A stretch of 64,000 nt of DNA from an uncultured Noviherbaspirillum sp. (GTDB lineage: Bacteria > Pseudomonadota > Gammaproteobacteria > Burkholderiales > Burkholderiaceae_D). A model generated the notes under the pieces. That model did no database searches. It was given only the letters and a program-made list of their open reading frames with translations, and was not told the DNA's origin. This document shows, in pieces, positions 42,218-51,791 of this stretch. A program made the position numbers and the translations under genes. Location: the NCBI GenBank assembly GCA_966212445.1, contig CBIHRJ010000010.1, forward strand, positions 28,672-92,671, in the 5' to 3' direction. Numbering within the stretch: position 1 is the stretch's first letter; every line of letters begins with the position of its first letter.

Positions 42218-43591
42218 ATGAAAAAATCCCCCCGCAGCGCAGAAGCTGAAAAAAAACCGGCGCGCTCGGAACTGGACTTTCCTCTCCGCAAACCGGTGAA
42301 CACGCTGGCCATCGTGCCGAAGTCGGAAAAGATCACGGTCACCGCGCGCAAGATCTATAACGTGATGCTGCACCACGCGCAGCGCCAGGGTGTCGGTCAG
42401 GACCGTTACCAGGTGCGCCTCGGCGAGATCGCGACCGGCATCGACTTCAACTCCAACAACACCGAACTGATCAAGCAGTACTTCCGCCAGATGGCGACCA
42501 CCGGCGTCGAGTGGCAATCGCCGACGACCGGGGAGGGCGCGCGCTGGAGCGTTTCCGCACTGATCGCGCACGCCGACCTGATCCAGCGCGAAGGCGAGCT
42601 GATCCTCGAATGGAGCTACGCACCCAACATCAAGCAGGAACTGCTCGATCCGCAGCGCTTCGCGAAGATGTCGCTGCAGGTGCAGGCATCGCTCAACACG
42701 ATGGCGTCGCTGGTGCTGTACGAAATCTGCTGCCGCTATGCCGACAATCCCGGCGGGCTGACCGCGCGCCAGCCGTGGTCGTGGTGGCGGCCGGTGCTGA
42801 CCGGTGCACCCGACAGCCCGACTTCCGCCTACCAGGAATACAAGATCTTCAACCGCGACGTGCTGAAAAAAGCGGTGAAGAAAGTCAACGAAGTGTCCGA
42901 CCTGGAGATCGAACTGGTCGAACACAGGGCAGGACGCGCGATCCAGGATCTGCAATTCCGCGTCAAGCGCAAGGCGCCGATGCTGCCTGCCGCCGAACGT
43001 CCGATCGAACCGGTCGACCTGAAAACCATCGGCGCCGCGATCAAGGCCGGCATCCCGCAGGAGCGCGCTGAAAAGCATCTGCTGAAATACGGCGCGAAGG
43101 CCTTCGAAGACGCATTGCGCACGATGAACGAACGCAAGAACCGCACGAACATGGAGCCGGTGCGCAGCCCAGACAAATACCTGACCACGCTGCTGCAGTC
43201 CGGCCAGTTCGGCGAGGAAAAGCCGGCCGGCCCGGCGCCGCGCAAGGTGTTCGACACCAAGGCCGAGCGCCTGAAGCTGATCGAGCGTTACATGGCGATG
43301 AAGCGTGCGGAACTCAACGAGATGTACCAGGAAATGCCGGAGGCGGACCAGCAGCAGTGGGTCGCGCGCTTCGAGGCGGAAGCGTTGCCGTCGAGCGAAG
43401 TGGTGCGCAAAGCATTCCGTACGCGCGGCATCGCCAGTCCGATCGTGCGCCCGGCATTCCTGAAGTTCCTCGGCAATGCGGTATGGGAAGAAGGCTGGGA
43501 AAAGCCGACCGATTCCGATCTGGTCGACATTGCGATCCAGGCGAAGGAAGAGACGGTGGCGCAAGTGTCGACGCTGTTGAGGAAGCGGTAG
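42218..43591 (+). CDS. Iteron-type replication initiator protein (Rep/RepA-like, winged-helix initiator family), copy 1
   Basis: About 457 aa from ATG 42218; the track ORF begins at TTG 42182. It sits beside parAB and immediately downstream of phased iterons. Conserved blocks shared with the second copy include RKIYNVMLHHAQ, LVLYEICCRYADNP, WSWWRPVLTG, EYKIFNRDVLKKAV and LEIELVEHRAGRAIQDLQFRV. Confidence 0.75.
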   Translation: MKKSPRSAEAEKKPARSELDFPLRKPVNTLAIVPKSEKITVTARKIYNVMLHHAQRQGVGQDRYQVRLGEIATGIDFNSNNTELIKQYFRQMATTGVEWQSPTTGEGARWSVSALIAHADLIQREGELILEWSYAPNIKQELLDPQRFAKMSLQVQASLNTMASLVLYEICCRYADNPGGLTARQPWSWWRPVLTGAPDSPTSAYQEYKIFNRDVLKKAVKKVNEVSDLEIELVEHRAGRAIQDLQFRVKRKAPMLPAAERPIEPVDLKTIGAAIKAGIPQERAEKHLLKYGAKAFEDALRTMNERKNRTNMEPVRSPDKYLTTLLQSGQFGEEKPAGPAPRKVFDTKAERLKLIERYMAMKRAELNEMYQEMPEADQQQWVARFEAEALPSSEVVRKAFRTRGIASPIVRPAFLKFLGNAVWEEGWEKPTDSDLVDIAIQAKEETVAQVSTLLRKR

Positions 43592-43664
43592 CGGGGCGCG
43601 CTGTGCTCCACGCTGTGCTCCATTTACCCGGCCGGCTCGCCGCACCCGGCATGCGGACAAAACA

Positions 43665-44801
43665 GGTGAGGAAATGCAGGGAGAGTCGGTTCATCAGGGC
43701 AGGCGAGCCTGCTGCATGGATGCCGGATCCGCAGCAAGCGTTTCCTCGCAGATTGCCTGTAGCGCACAAAGGTGAGGGTGTACAGGGAGGGCGGCGCAGC
43801 GGAAGCGGGATTTATCCGGCAAGGTGAGGAAATGCAGGGAGCGCGTACCTCCCTGCATTTCCTCACCTTGCCCAGTTCGGGAAAGCTGTCCTGGATGGAT
43901 TTTCTATCCTGCAAAAGCTATTGGTGAGGGCGGGCAGGGACCGCGCTTGGCACAACAGGTGAGATTCAACAGGTAAGCTCGGTGGTCCCTGTAAATACTC
44001 ACCTGTCTCGTCGCATGGGCAAGATCATTCCCGCAGTTCGACGAGCATCGTCAAAGTAAGCACTCAGTTCCAGGAGGCCGGTTTCCAATTGTTTCCGCAT
44101 CAAAGGTGAGGAAATACAGGTACCGTAATCGCAAGTCCGGTCTGAAAACGCGATGGCGCGATGCCTTGAAGGGCATTCCTTCCGTTTTGAGGCAGCGACG
44201 CATATGCAAGCACCGACAATGCGCAAATTTCGGCGTGGAGCCGCGCTCTTTTGCCGTTAAGGTGAGACTGTGCAGGTACCGAAGCTGCTTGGACGGGGGC
44301 GATATCAGAAAAGGTGATGGAGAACAGGGAGTTCAAGCTGGAAAGAGAACAGCACGCTCCCTTGCCCGGCGGGCGACGCGCAAAAGCGGGTGCTCGCACG
44401 CAGTGCAGCTTTCCATGGTGAGATGGAACGGGGAGGGGGGATGTCTTGCTCCCTGTAGCGATTCACCTTTGCGTGCGCAAGCTGCACGTTTGCTGTCACG
44501 GCGTGCAAACAACGGTGCGACTCGACCAAAAGATATTTCACTTCCAACCAACCACCCCCGGTTGCATTTGCATATATCTGCATATTTATCGGGAAGCTCG
44601 AAATCAAGACAACAAAAGCGTGTTCCCCACGAAGCACACAGAGCCCTCAAAGAAAGTCCCGGTGCTCTCCGTGCGCTTCGTGATCCAGGCTGTTTTGCTG
44701 CATGCGAACTCCTATCTCCCGGATTACCGATCCCTCTGCAAACAGGCTCCCTCAAAGGTGAGGCTGCACAGGGACCGATCATGGTGAGATCAAACAGGGA
44801 C
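43665..44801. repeat. Dispersed field of at least 13 GGTGAG-N6-8-CAGGGA/CAGGTA iterons in both orientations
   Basis: Direct copies start at 43665, 43771, 43823, 43923, 43958, 44105, 44261, 44313, 44417, 44757 and 44783. Inverted copies lie at 43849-43867, about 43987-44003 and 44449-44467. The 19-mer GGTGAGGAAATGCAGGGAG occurs identically at 43665, 43823 and, inverted, at 43849. No convincing CDS lies in this 1.1 kb. Confidence 0.8.
43821..43869. repeat. Perfect 21-bp inverted repeat made of two head-to-head iterons
   Basis: AAGGTGAGGAAATGCAGGGAG (43821-43841), a 7-nt spacer CGCGTAC, then CTCCCTGCATTTCCTCACCTT (43849-43869). Confidence 0.9.
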
Positions 44802-44944
44802 CATCATGTGCCAGCGTGCAGCACCGGTTGCACGGTTTCTCCATCCGTTCCCCGGTTTGAGAGATTGAAGAAGTAAACACCTTGAAAGCTTGTAAACCTT
44901 GAATTTCGCCAAACCCGCGACGCCCGTGCCATTGCGGCCGATTC

Positions 44945-45199
44945 GGTGAGACGCAACGGGGAAGAAGGTGAGCTTTTGCGGGGAAAATGGTGAGTGTATT
45001 CGGGAAACTTGCACGCGGCCGGTGAGGCTCGGCGGGGTGGTTGGTGAGTGGATACGGTTTCCGGAAAAAGCGACAGGTGAGATGCGACAGGGACCGCCCG
45101 CAAAGCAGGGCCGTCGCGGCCACCGGAAAAGGTGATTGCACACAGTTCACTTTTAAGGCACCATGCCGCAGGTGAGCAGCGGCGCGCGCAAATCCTCAC
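44945..45199 (+). repeat. Second phased iteron array immediately upstream of rep2
   Basis: The GGTGAG core is at 44945, 44967 and 44989 (22-bp period) and at 45021 and 45043 (22-bp period). Further copies are at 45076, 45131 (GGTGAT) and 45171. An inverted CTCACC lies at 45194-45199, 13 nt before the rep2 ATG. The 3' halves are of the CGGGGAA/CAGGGAC type. Confidence 0.75.
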
Positions 45200-45211
45200 C
45201 AAACACCGATC

Positions 45212-46564
45212 ATGGCCAGCAGAAAACCGAAGGGCAAATCCGACCCGCCCGCCAAGGGCGATCTCAAGGAATTTCGCAAGACGAACGAGGCGATCGGCTT
45301 GCGCGTGTCCGAAGGACGGCTGTCGCTGCTGTCGCGCAAGATCTTCAACGTGATGGTCTATCACGCGCAACGCATCCGCGTGAAAGGCGAAAACGCGCCG
45401 ATCGATACCGACGCCGCGAAGAACTACTTCTGGATTCCGATGGCCGACGTCGCGCGCGACGCGGCGTACGACAGCAAGGACACCGAACTGCTGAAGGAAC
45501 ACGCGCAGGAGCTGCAGAACATCCGCATCCACTCCGAAGACGCGATCCAGTGGACCAGCGAGCGGCTGGTGTCGTCGGTCAAGCTGGTCAACCCGAAAGG
45601 GCTGAACAAGAAGGGCGGCATGCTGTGGTTCGGCTTTGCCTTCCCGCCGGAAGTCGAAAGCATGGTGATGAGTCCCGGCTCCTACACCAAGCTGTCGGTG
45701 TACTACCAGGCGATGCTGCGCAGCGGCGCCAGTCTCGCGCTCTATGAAATCTGCCGCCGCTATGCGACCAATCCGTCGCGTGTCACCAACCGCGCCGAAT
45801 GGCAATGGTGGTACGGCGCGCTCACCGGCAATCCGGTCACCGACAGCATCCCCGAGTACAAGTACTTCAAGCGCGACGTAATCAAGACGGCGGTCGCCGA
45901 GATCAACATGGTCACCGACATCAACGTCGAACTGGTCGAACACAAGCAGGGCAGAAGGGTGGCCGGCGTGCAGTTCAAGGTGACGCCGGCGCAACAGACC
46001 GGCCTGATGTTTCCGGCGCCGCCCATCATCGATGGCGACCTGGTGCAACGCATGATGGCGCTCGGGATATCGCAGGACGATGCCTGCAATATCCTGGCGA
46101 CCACCGAGGACGGCAAGCTGCGCGCGACGCTCGACCTTACCGAAAACCGGATCCGCAATCCGAAGGCGACGCGGATCGATTCGCCGGCCGGCTACTTCAA
46201 GCTCGCGCTGCGCGACGGTTACGCGAGCAATACCGAAGTCGCCAAAAAGAACGTGCTGAAATTCCCGCCGAAGCCCGATGTCGAGGCATCGGTCGAGGCC
46301 ATACGCGAACGCTATTTCGTCGAGCGTGCGAAGGATGCCTATGCGCTGTTCAACGAGCTGGACAAAGCCGAACAACATGACTGGATCGCCAGGTTCAAGC
46401 AAAGTGACGCGTCCCGCGGTATCAATCTCGGACGCGGTCTCGCCAGTGCCAGCGCGCGGAGCGCATTCAGCATGTGGTTCGCGCGGGAACAATGGCAGGA
46501 ACCGACCGATTCGGACCTGCTGGCGTTCGCCGCGGTCAACAGCGTGCAGGCCAAAAGGCGATAG
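45212..46564 (+). CDS. Iteron-type replication initiator protein, copy 2 (paralogue of 42218-43591)
   Basis: 450 aa, colinear with Rep1. Shared blocks: RKIFNVMVYHAQ, LALYEICRRYATNP, WQWWYGALTG, EYKYFKRDVIKTAV and INVELVEHKQGRRVAGVQFKV. It is preceded by its own iteron array. Confidence 0.75.
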   Translation: MASRKPKGKSDPPAKGDLKEFRKTNEAIGLRVSEGRLSLLSRKIFNVMVYHAQRIRVKGENAPIDTDAAKNYFWIPMADVARDAAYDSKDTELLKEHAQELQNIRIHSEDAIQWTSERLVSSVKLVNPKGLNKKGGMLWFGFAFPPEVESMVMSPGSYTKLSVYYQAMLRSGASLALYEICRRYATNPSRVTNRAEWQWWYGALTGNPVTDSIPEYKYFKRDVIKTAVAEINMVTDINVELVEHKQGRRVAGVQFKVTPAQQTGLMFPAPPIIDGDLVQRMMALGISQDDACNILATTEDGKLRATLDLTENRIRNPKATRIDSPAGYFKLALRDGYASNTEVAKKNVLKFPPKPDVEASVEAIRERYFVERAKDAYALFNELDKAEQHDWIARFKQSDASRGINLGRGLASASARSAFSMWFAREQWQEPTDSDLLAFAAVNSVQAKRR

Positions 46565-46572
46565 GCGGCCTG

Positions 46573-46616
46573 TTGATGCGGCACGATGAAGTCTTTATTT
46601 CATCGTGCCGCATCAA
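46573..46616 (+). terminator. Strong hairpin terminator after rep2
   Basis: TTGATGCGGCACGATGAA (46573-46590) pairs perfectly over 18 bp with TTCATCGTGCCGCATCAA (46599-46616) around an 8-nt loop. It starts 9 nt after the rep2 stop. There is no long U-tract. Confidence 0.6.
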
Positions 46617-46757
46617 TAGTAAAGCCATGGCCGTGGCGTGCAGGCATCACGGCGTTGGCATGCAACAGAACAATTGGTATATTGACCCAGACAGATCGGC
46701 CGGCTGATCTGCCGAGCGGCCACCCTTGAACCGGTTTCATTCTTGTCCAGCAAAATC

Positions 46758-47438
46758 ATGCGCATCCTCCTTGTAGAAGATCACGCCGACCTCTCGCACT
46801 GGATCAGCAAGGCGTTGCAGGCCGCGCGGCTGACGGTCGAGTGCGCGATGAACGGCGCCGACGCCGATGCGCTGCTGCACACCCAGGAGTATGCGCTGGT
46901 GATTCTCGACCTGACGCTCCCCAAGATGGATGGTCTCGAAGTGCTCAAGCGCCTGCGCGCGCGCGGCAGCAAGATGCCCGTTCTGGTGCTGACCGCGCGC
47001 GGCGGCCTCAACGACCGGGTGCAAGGGCTGAACCTCGGCGCCGACGATTACCTGCCCAAGCCGTTCGAACTGGCGGAACTCGAAGCGCGGGTGAAGGCGC
47101 TGTTGCGCCGCTCCCAGGGCAACGAGGCGGTCACGCTCACCTGCGGCGCGCTATCCTTCGATACCGTTTCCCGCGTGTTCACCTATCACGGCGCGCCGCT
47201 TGCGCTGACGCCGCGCGAGCATTCTGTTCTCGAAGTCCTCCTCACGCGCGCCGGACGCGCGGTATCGAAAGAAAAGCTGTTCGACGAAGTGTTTGCGCTC
47301 GACGACGACGCCAATCTGGACGCAATCGAAATCTACGTGCACCGCCTGCGCAAGAAGCTGGACTCGGCGGCGCCGGGGCGAGTGGCCATCACGACGCTGC
47401 GCGGCCTCGGCTACCTGCTCGAAGAAAAGGCGGAATGA
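46758..47438 (+). CDS. OmpR/PhoB-family response regulator
   Basis: 226 aa from ATG 46758. The receiver domain reads MRILLVEDHADL...ALVILDLTLPKMDG...PVLVLTAR. The C-terminal winged-helix domain ends ...ITTLRGLGYLLEE. Confidence 0.9.
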   Translation: MRILLVEDHADLSHWISKALQAARLTVECAMNGADADALLHTQEYALVILDLTLPKMDGLEVLKRLRARGSKMPVLVLTARGGLNDRVQGLNLGADDYLPKPFELAELEARVKALLRRSQGNEAVTLTCGALSFDTVSRVFTYHGAPLALTPREHSVLEVLLTRAGRAVSKEKLFDEVFALDDDANLDAIEIYVHRLRKKLDSAAPGRVAITTLRGLGYLLEEKAE

Positions 47439-48880
47439 GCGAGACCAAGCCGCTCGGCAGCCTGCGGCGGCAACTGCTGCGCTGGCTGCTGGTGCCGTTG
47501 ACGGCGCTGGTCGCGCTCAATGCAGTCTTCACTTACAACAACGCGCTGGACGCAGCGGATATCGCCTACGACCGGTCGTTGCTGGCATCCACCCGCGCAT
47601 TGGCGGAACGGGTATCGGTCGCCGACGGCAGGGTCGTGGTCGACGTACCCTATGTCGCGCTCGACAGCTTCGAATCGGATACGCGTGGCCGCATCTACTA
47701 CAAGGTGACCGGAATCGACGGCAGCTTCGTGTCCGGTTACGACGACCTGCCGCCTCTGCCGAAGAACGCAAAACGTTCCGACGCCTACCCGGCGCTGGTG
47801 TATTTCTACCATGCGGTCTATCACGGCGAACCGGTGCGCATTGCCGGCTTGTACCAGCCGGTGTATGACGACACCATGCGCGGCATCGCGTTCATCCAGG
47901 TCGGCGAATCGCTCGAAGGGCGGCGGGACCTGTCGCGCAACATCCTGATCGACACGTTATGGCGGCAGGCTGCGCTGGTGCTCGCGGCCGCGGTGCTGGC
48001 GCACGTTTCCGTGAATTTCGTGCTGAGGCCGCTGATGCAATTGCGCATTGATGTCGAAGCGCGGGCGCCGACCGACCTGTCCGACTTCAATCCGGCGCAC
48101 GTGCACCGCGAAGTCCGCCCGCTGGTGACGGCGATGAACGGGTACATGGACCGGCTGCAGATGCTGATTGCGGCCCAGCGCCGCTTCATCGCGGACGCTT
48201 CGCACCAATTGCGCACGCCGCTCACCGTACTGAAGACACAGGCGCAACTGGCGCTGCGCAGCAATGATCCGCAGGCGATGCGCGAAATCGTCGAGAGCAT
48301 TGCGCAAACCACGGATGCCACTGTTCACCTTGCCAACCGCTTGCTGACGCTGGCGCGTACCGAGCACGGCGCTGCCGAAGCTGAACTGCTGCCAATGTCG
48401 CTCGTGGACACCGTACGTCAGGTTGGACTTGAGCTGGCACAAGAGGCGGTGCGTCGTCAGGTCGATCTGTCGTTCGAATCAGACCGCGATGTGATCGTGG
48501 ATGGCAATGCATTGCTGCTGCACGAGATGATTGCCAACCTGGTGGACAACGCGATCCGCTACACACCGGCCGGAGGCCGGGTTGTGCTGCGCGTGCGCGA
48601 TGTCGACGTCCCCTTGCTCGAAGTGGAAGACAACGGACCAGGCATCCCCGCAGCAGAACGCGAGCGGGTGTTCGCACCGTTTTATCGTGTCGCCTCCGCG
48701 CAGGAAGTAAACGCCGGCGGCAGCGGTCTCGGCCTGGCCATCGTGCACGACATCGCATTGATTCATAGAGCGTCGCTACGCCTCGAGGATGCCGATGGTG
48801 GCAGCGGCCTGAAAGTTTCCATACAGTTCCCGCGCAGCACGGGCTGCGCCAATTCCCTTTCGTCCAGCGTCGAGATCTGA
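47435..48880 (+). CDS. Membrane sensor histidine kinase (TctE/QseC-like architecture), cognate to the preceding regulator
   Basis: 481 aa from ATG 47435, which forms an ATGA overlap with the regulator stop. Two TM segments flank a periplasmic domain. H-box FIADASHQLRTPLTVL, N-box LLHEMIANLVDNAIRYTP, G1 EDNGPGI and G2 GGSGLGLAIV are present. Confidence 0.9.
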   Translation: MSETKPLGSLRRQLLRWLLVPLTALVALNAVFTYNNALDAADIAYDRSLLASTRALAERVSVADGRVVVDVPYVALDSFESDTRGRIYYKVTGIDGSFVSGYDDLPPLPKNAKRSDAYPALVYFYHAVYHGEPVRIAGLYQPVYDDTMRGIAFIQVGESLEGRRDLSRNILIDTLWRQAALVLAAAVLAHVSVNFVLRPLMQLRIDVEARAPTDLSDFNPAHVHREVRPLVTAMNGYMDRLQMLIAAQRRFIADASHQLRTPLTVLKTQAQLALRSNDPQAMREIVESIAQTTDATVHLANRLLTLARTEHGAAEAELLPMSLVDTVRQVGLELAQEAVRRQVDLSFESDRDVIVDGNALLLHEMIANLVDNAIRYTPAGGRVVLRVRDVDVPLLEVEDNGPGIPAAERERVFAPFYRVASAQEVNAGGSGLGLAIVHDIALIHRASLRLEDADGGSGLKVSIQFPRSTGCANSLSSSVEI

Positions 48881-49589
48881 CCCCAGCGGACGCAACCCGT
48901 CTTCACCATGGAATCGATTTCGCGGCGTACTGCCATGCACACAACGATGGCAGGTTCGTGTCCGCCAGTCTCATAGGCCGGTTGATGCGGCACTTGCCGA
49001 AAATCAAGCTTGGCAGACACGCACACGAAACGTATGATGGCGGTTCCCCACCTTTGAAATGAGGACAGATGCCGGTTCTGGCAACTTTGATTCCAATGCA
49101 CTTTCGAGAGTGACGTCGGAACGGGTTGAAAGACAAGCTTAAAAGGCTTTCTTTATCGCGCGCACAAGATCGATAAATGCAGAATGCTCATGCTTCTGTC
49201 CAGTCGAACACCGCGAACATGATCGGACATCAGTGAAAGAGATTTGAAAGGAATACCTCGGTATTCTTTCATCTCGGTATTTTTTCGCCTGTCTTCATTT
49301 CGACCAATTCCTTTGCAATAAATGAAGTGCCATCGATAGCGGCAAGTCGATGGGTTCTTGTGTCGTGCCGGATGCAATGCTGCAGCGATTGTTCTTGCAT
49401 GCGCTTATTTCAGTCACATAGGGTCACACACAATACGAGAAGATTTTTGGCATGCCGCTTCGATGATCAGGCAGTCCGGTCGATGTTTGCCTGATCGGAA
49501 GACCTGCACAGACGTATCGCAGCATCAGTAAAACAAGAAAGATCGCCCGCCAATAGACCAGGCGAGAAACATGGATTGGAGAAACGACA

Positions 49590-51791
49590 ATGGAACCGAT
49601 CACACCGGTACCAGGGGTAGCTGTACGCCAAAATTTCACGTCGCTGGTTGACCTGATCCGCTATCAGGCAGAGACGCGGCCGGAACACGCTGCGCTTGTT
49701 TTTCTTGCGGACGGAGAAACGGAAACCGGCAGGCTGAGCTACGCAGGCCTGGAACGTTGCGCCCGCATCTTTGCCGCGCATCTGCAGGCCAAGGGGTTGA
49801 GCGGGCAGGCCGTGCTCCTGATGCTGCCGTCCGGCATGCATTATGTGGTCGCCTTTCTCGGCAGCCTGTATGCCGGAGCGATCCCGGTTCCGGCCTATCC
49901 TCCGGCCAACAGCATTCACACCGAGCGCCTGGCCCAGATCGTCAAGGACTGCGATGCGAAAGGCGTCGTTTTCTCCAACGCGTCCCGGCATGACGATATC
50001 CGCACCAGGCTGACGGAATTTCTGCCGCAAGGGATACAGTGCGGGTTTCTCCCGGTGGAGGAATTGCTGGAGAAGCAGGAACTCGAATGGAGAGAGCCGG
50101 TCCTGACTCACGATACCTTGGCGTATCTGCAGTACACATCCGGGTCGACCAGCCAGCCGCGCGGCGTGATGGTCACACATGGGAATCTGCTTGAACATTG
50201 CCGGCATCTGCAGCAGGGCTTGCAGCAAGACCATGACGATGTGTACGTTACCTGGCTGCCGCTGTTTCACGATCTCGGACTGATCGCGGGAATCCTCCAG
50301 CCGCTCTATCTCGGCGCAACCTCGGTGCTGATGCCGTCGATGGCGTTCCTGCAGCGTCCGGTGCGATGGCTGGATGCGATCAGCCGCTATCGCGGCACTT
50401 CCGCTTCCGCTCCCAATTTCGCCTACGAACTGTGCGCGACGACGCTGGATGAAGAGCAGCGCAAAGGCCTGGACCTGTCGAGCTGGAGCATCGCGCTCAA
50501 TGGCGCGGAGCCGGTGCGCGCATCGACGATACAAAAGTTTTGCGAAAGCTTCGCGTCCTGCGGATTCCGGCCGGAAGCGATGAATCCCGCCTATGGTCTG
50601 GCGGAAGCGACGCTGACCGTTTCCTATGGCGCCAGGTTGACGGCGCCGTCCATGTGCGAGGTGGATGCCGATGCGCTGGAGCACAAACAATTCCTTCCTG
50701 CGTCCGGCCAGGGGAAAACACGCGTGCTGGTCGGCTCCGGCCGCAGTTGGCTCGATATCCGTACCGCGATCGTCGACCCGGACACGGGCCGCGTTTGCGG
50801 GGAAGGCGAGATAGGCGAGATATGGGTGCATGGACTGACGGTCGCGGACGGCTACTGGCAGCGGCCGGAACAATCCGCAATGACGTTCCGCGCCCGCCTT
50901 CCCGACGGTGACGGTCCGTTCCTGCGCACAGGCGATCTGGGCGCCCTGCATCAAGGCATGCTGTATGTGACCGGCCGCATCAAAGACCTCATCATCATCC
51001 GAGGCCGCAATCACTATCCGCAGGACATTGAACAGACGGTGTGCCCTGCGCATGCCGCGCTGGAGGACGGACACGGTGCGGCGTTTTCGATAGAAGCAGA
51101 GGGCGACGAGAGGCTGGTGATCGTGCAGGAAATCCGCCGCGCGTGGCGCAAGCGCTTCGACGGCGATGAAGTGGTGCAGGCCATTCGCAGCCTGGTGGCG
51201 GAACAGCACGGCGTGTCGGTGCATGCGGTGTTGCTGCTGAAACCGGCGTCGGTGCATATCACTTCCAGTGGAAAGATCCAGCGGCAGGCCTGCAGGAAAG
51301 ACTACCTTGAGAACCGTTTCGAGGCCTTGTACTCCTGGTCGGAAACGATGGCCGGCATGGTGCCGGATCGTCCGCAAGCCGCTGATCCCGAAGGCGGTAC
51401 TTCATCCGGATCCTTGACATCGCCTGCGCGCGAATCGGAAAACCTCGGTGCAATGAGCCCGGAACAGATCAAGGCGTGGGTTCAGGCGTATCTGTTGGAA
51501 AGCGCGTGCGCAGTACTCCGGATCGGAGCGGACCGGCAGGCTGAACTGGAACCGTCATTCTTGGAAATTCGACTGAACCAGCTCGGCATGGATTCATTGA
51601 CGGCGATCGAGTTGTGCGGCAAGACGCTACGCGAGTTGGGGGTTGATGTCCCGGTTCATTACTTTCTTGGCAGTGCCACGGCCGGCGAGGCGGTGGATCT
51701 GATCCGCACGCAACTGATGCTGAAAAATCTCGTTGCCAATGCCGATGACGCTTCACCGGATGATGACGAGATGGAGGCATGCATATTATGA
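49590..51791 (+). CDS. Fatty acyl-AMP ligase (FAAL) fused to an acyl carrier protein domain (lipid starter module)
   Basis: 733 aa with GGAGAAA SD. Adenylate-forming motifs LAYLQYTSGSTSQPRGVMVTHGNL, YGLAEATL and FLRTGDLG are present. The C-terminal carrier domain carries LGMDSLTAIEL. The stop overlaps the start region of the next gene. Confidence 0.85.
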   Translation: MEPITPVPGVAVRQNFTSLVDLIRYQAETRPEHAALVFLADGETETGRLSYAGLERCARIFAAHLQAKGLSGQAVLLMLPSGMHYVVAFLGSLYAGAIPVPAYPPANSIHTERLAQIVKDCDAKGVVFSNASRHDDIRTRLTEFLPQGIQCGFLPVEELLEKQELEWREPVLTHDTLAYLQYTSGSTSQPRGVMVTHGNLLEHCRHLQQGLQQDHDDVYVTWLPLFHDLGLIAGILQPLYLGATSVLMPSMAFLQRPVRWLDAISRYRGTSASAPNFAYELCATTLDEEQRKGLDLSSWSIALNGAEPVRASTIQKFCESFASCGFRPEAMNPAYGLAEATLTVSYGARLTAPSMCEVDADALEHKQFLPASGQGKTRVLVGSGRSWLDIRTAIVDPDTGRVCGEGEIGEIWVHGLTVADGYWQRPEQSAMTFRARLPDGDGPFLRTGDLGALHQGMLYVTGRIKDLIIIRGRNHYPQDIEQTVCPAHAALEDGHGAAFSIEAEGDERLVIVQEIRRAWRKRFDGDEVVQAIRSLVAEQHGVSVHAVLLLKPASVHITSSGKIQRQACRKDYLENRFEALYSWSETMAGMVPDRPQAADPEGGTSSGSLTSPARESENLGAMSPEQIKAWVQAYLLESACAVLRIGADRQAELEPSFLEIRLNQLGMDSLTAIELCGKTLRELGVDVPVHYFLGSATAGEAVDLIRTQLMLKNLVANADDASPDDDEMEACIL

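Noticed and set aside
43665-45199. CRISPR-like array, suggested by many ~19-bp repeats with intervening sequence
   Set aside because: The repeats are degenerate, occur in both orientations and have irregular or zero spacer length (22-bp period). No cas genes are present, and the region is flanked by Rep genes. The pattern fits iterons.
49141-49200. Fur box upstream of the NRPS cluster (GATAAATGCAGAATGCTCAT)
   Set aside because: The match to the 19-bp GATAATGATAATCATTATC consensus is poor. It lies about 400 nt from the FAAL start. This is not sufficient evidence for iron regulation.
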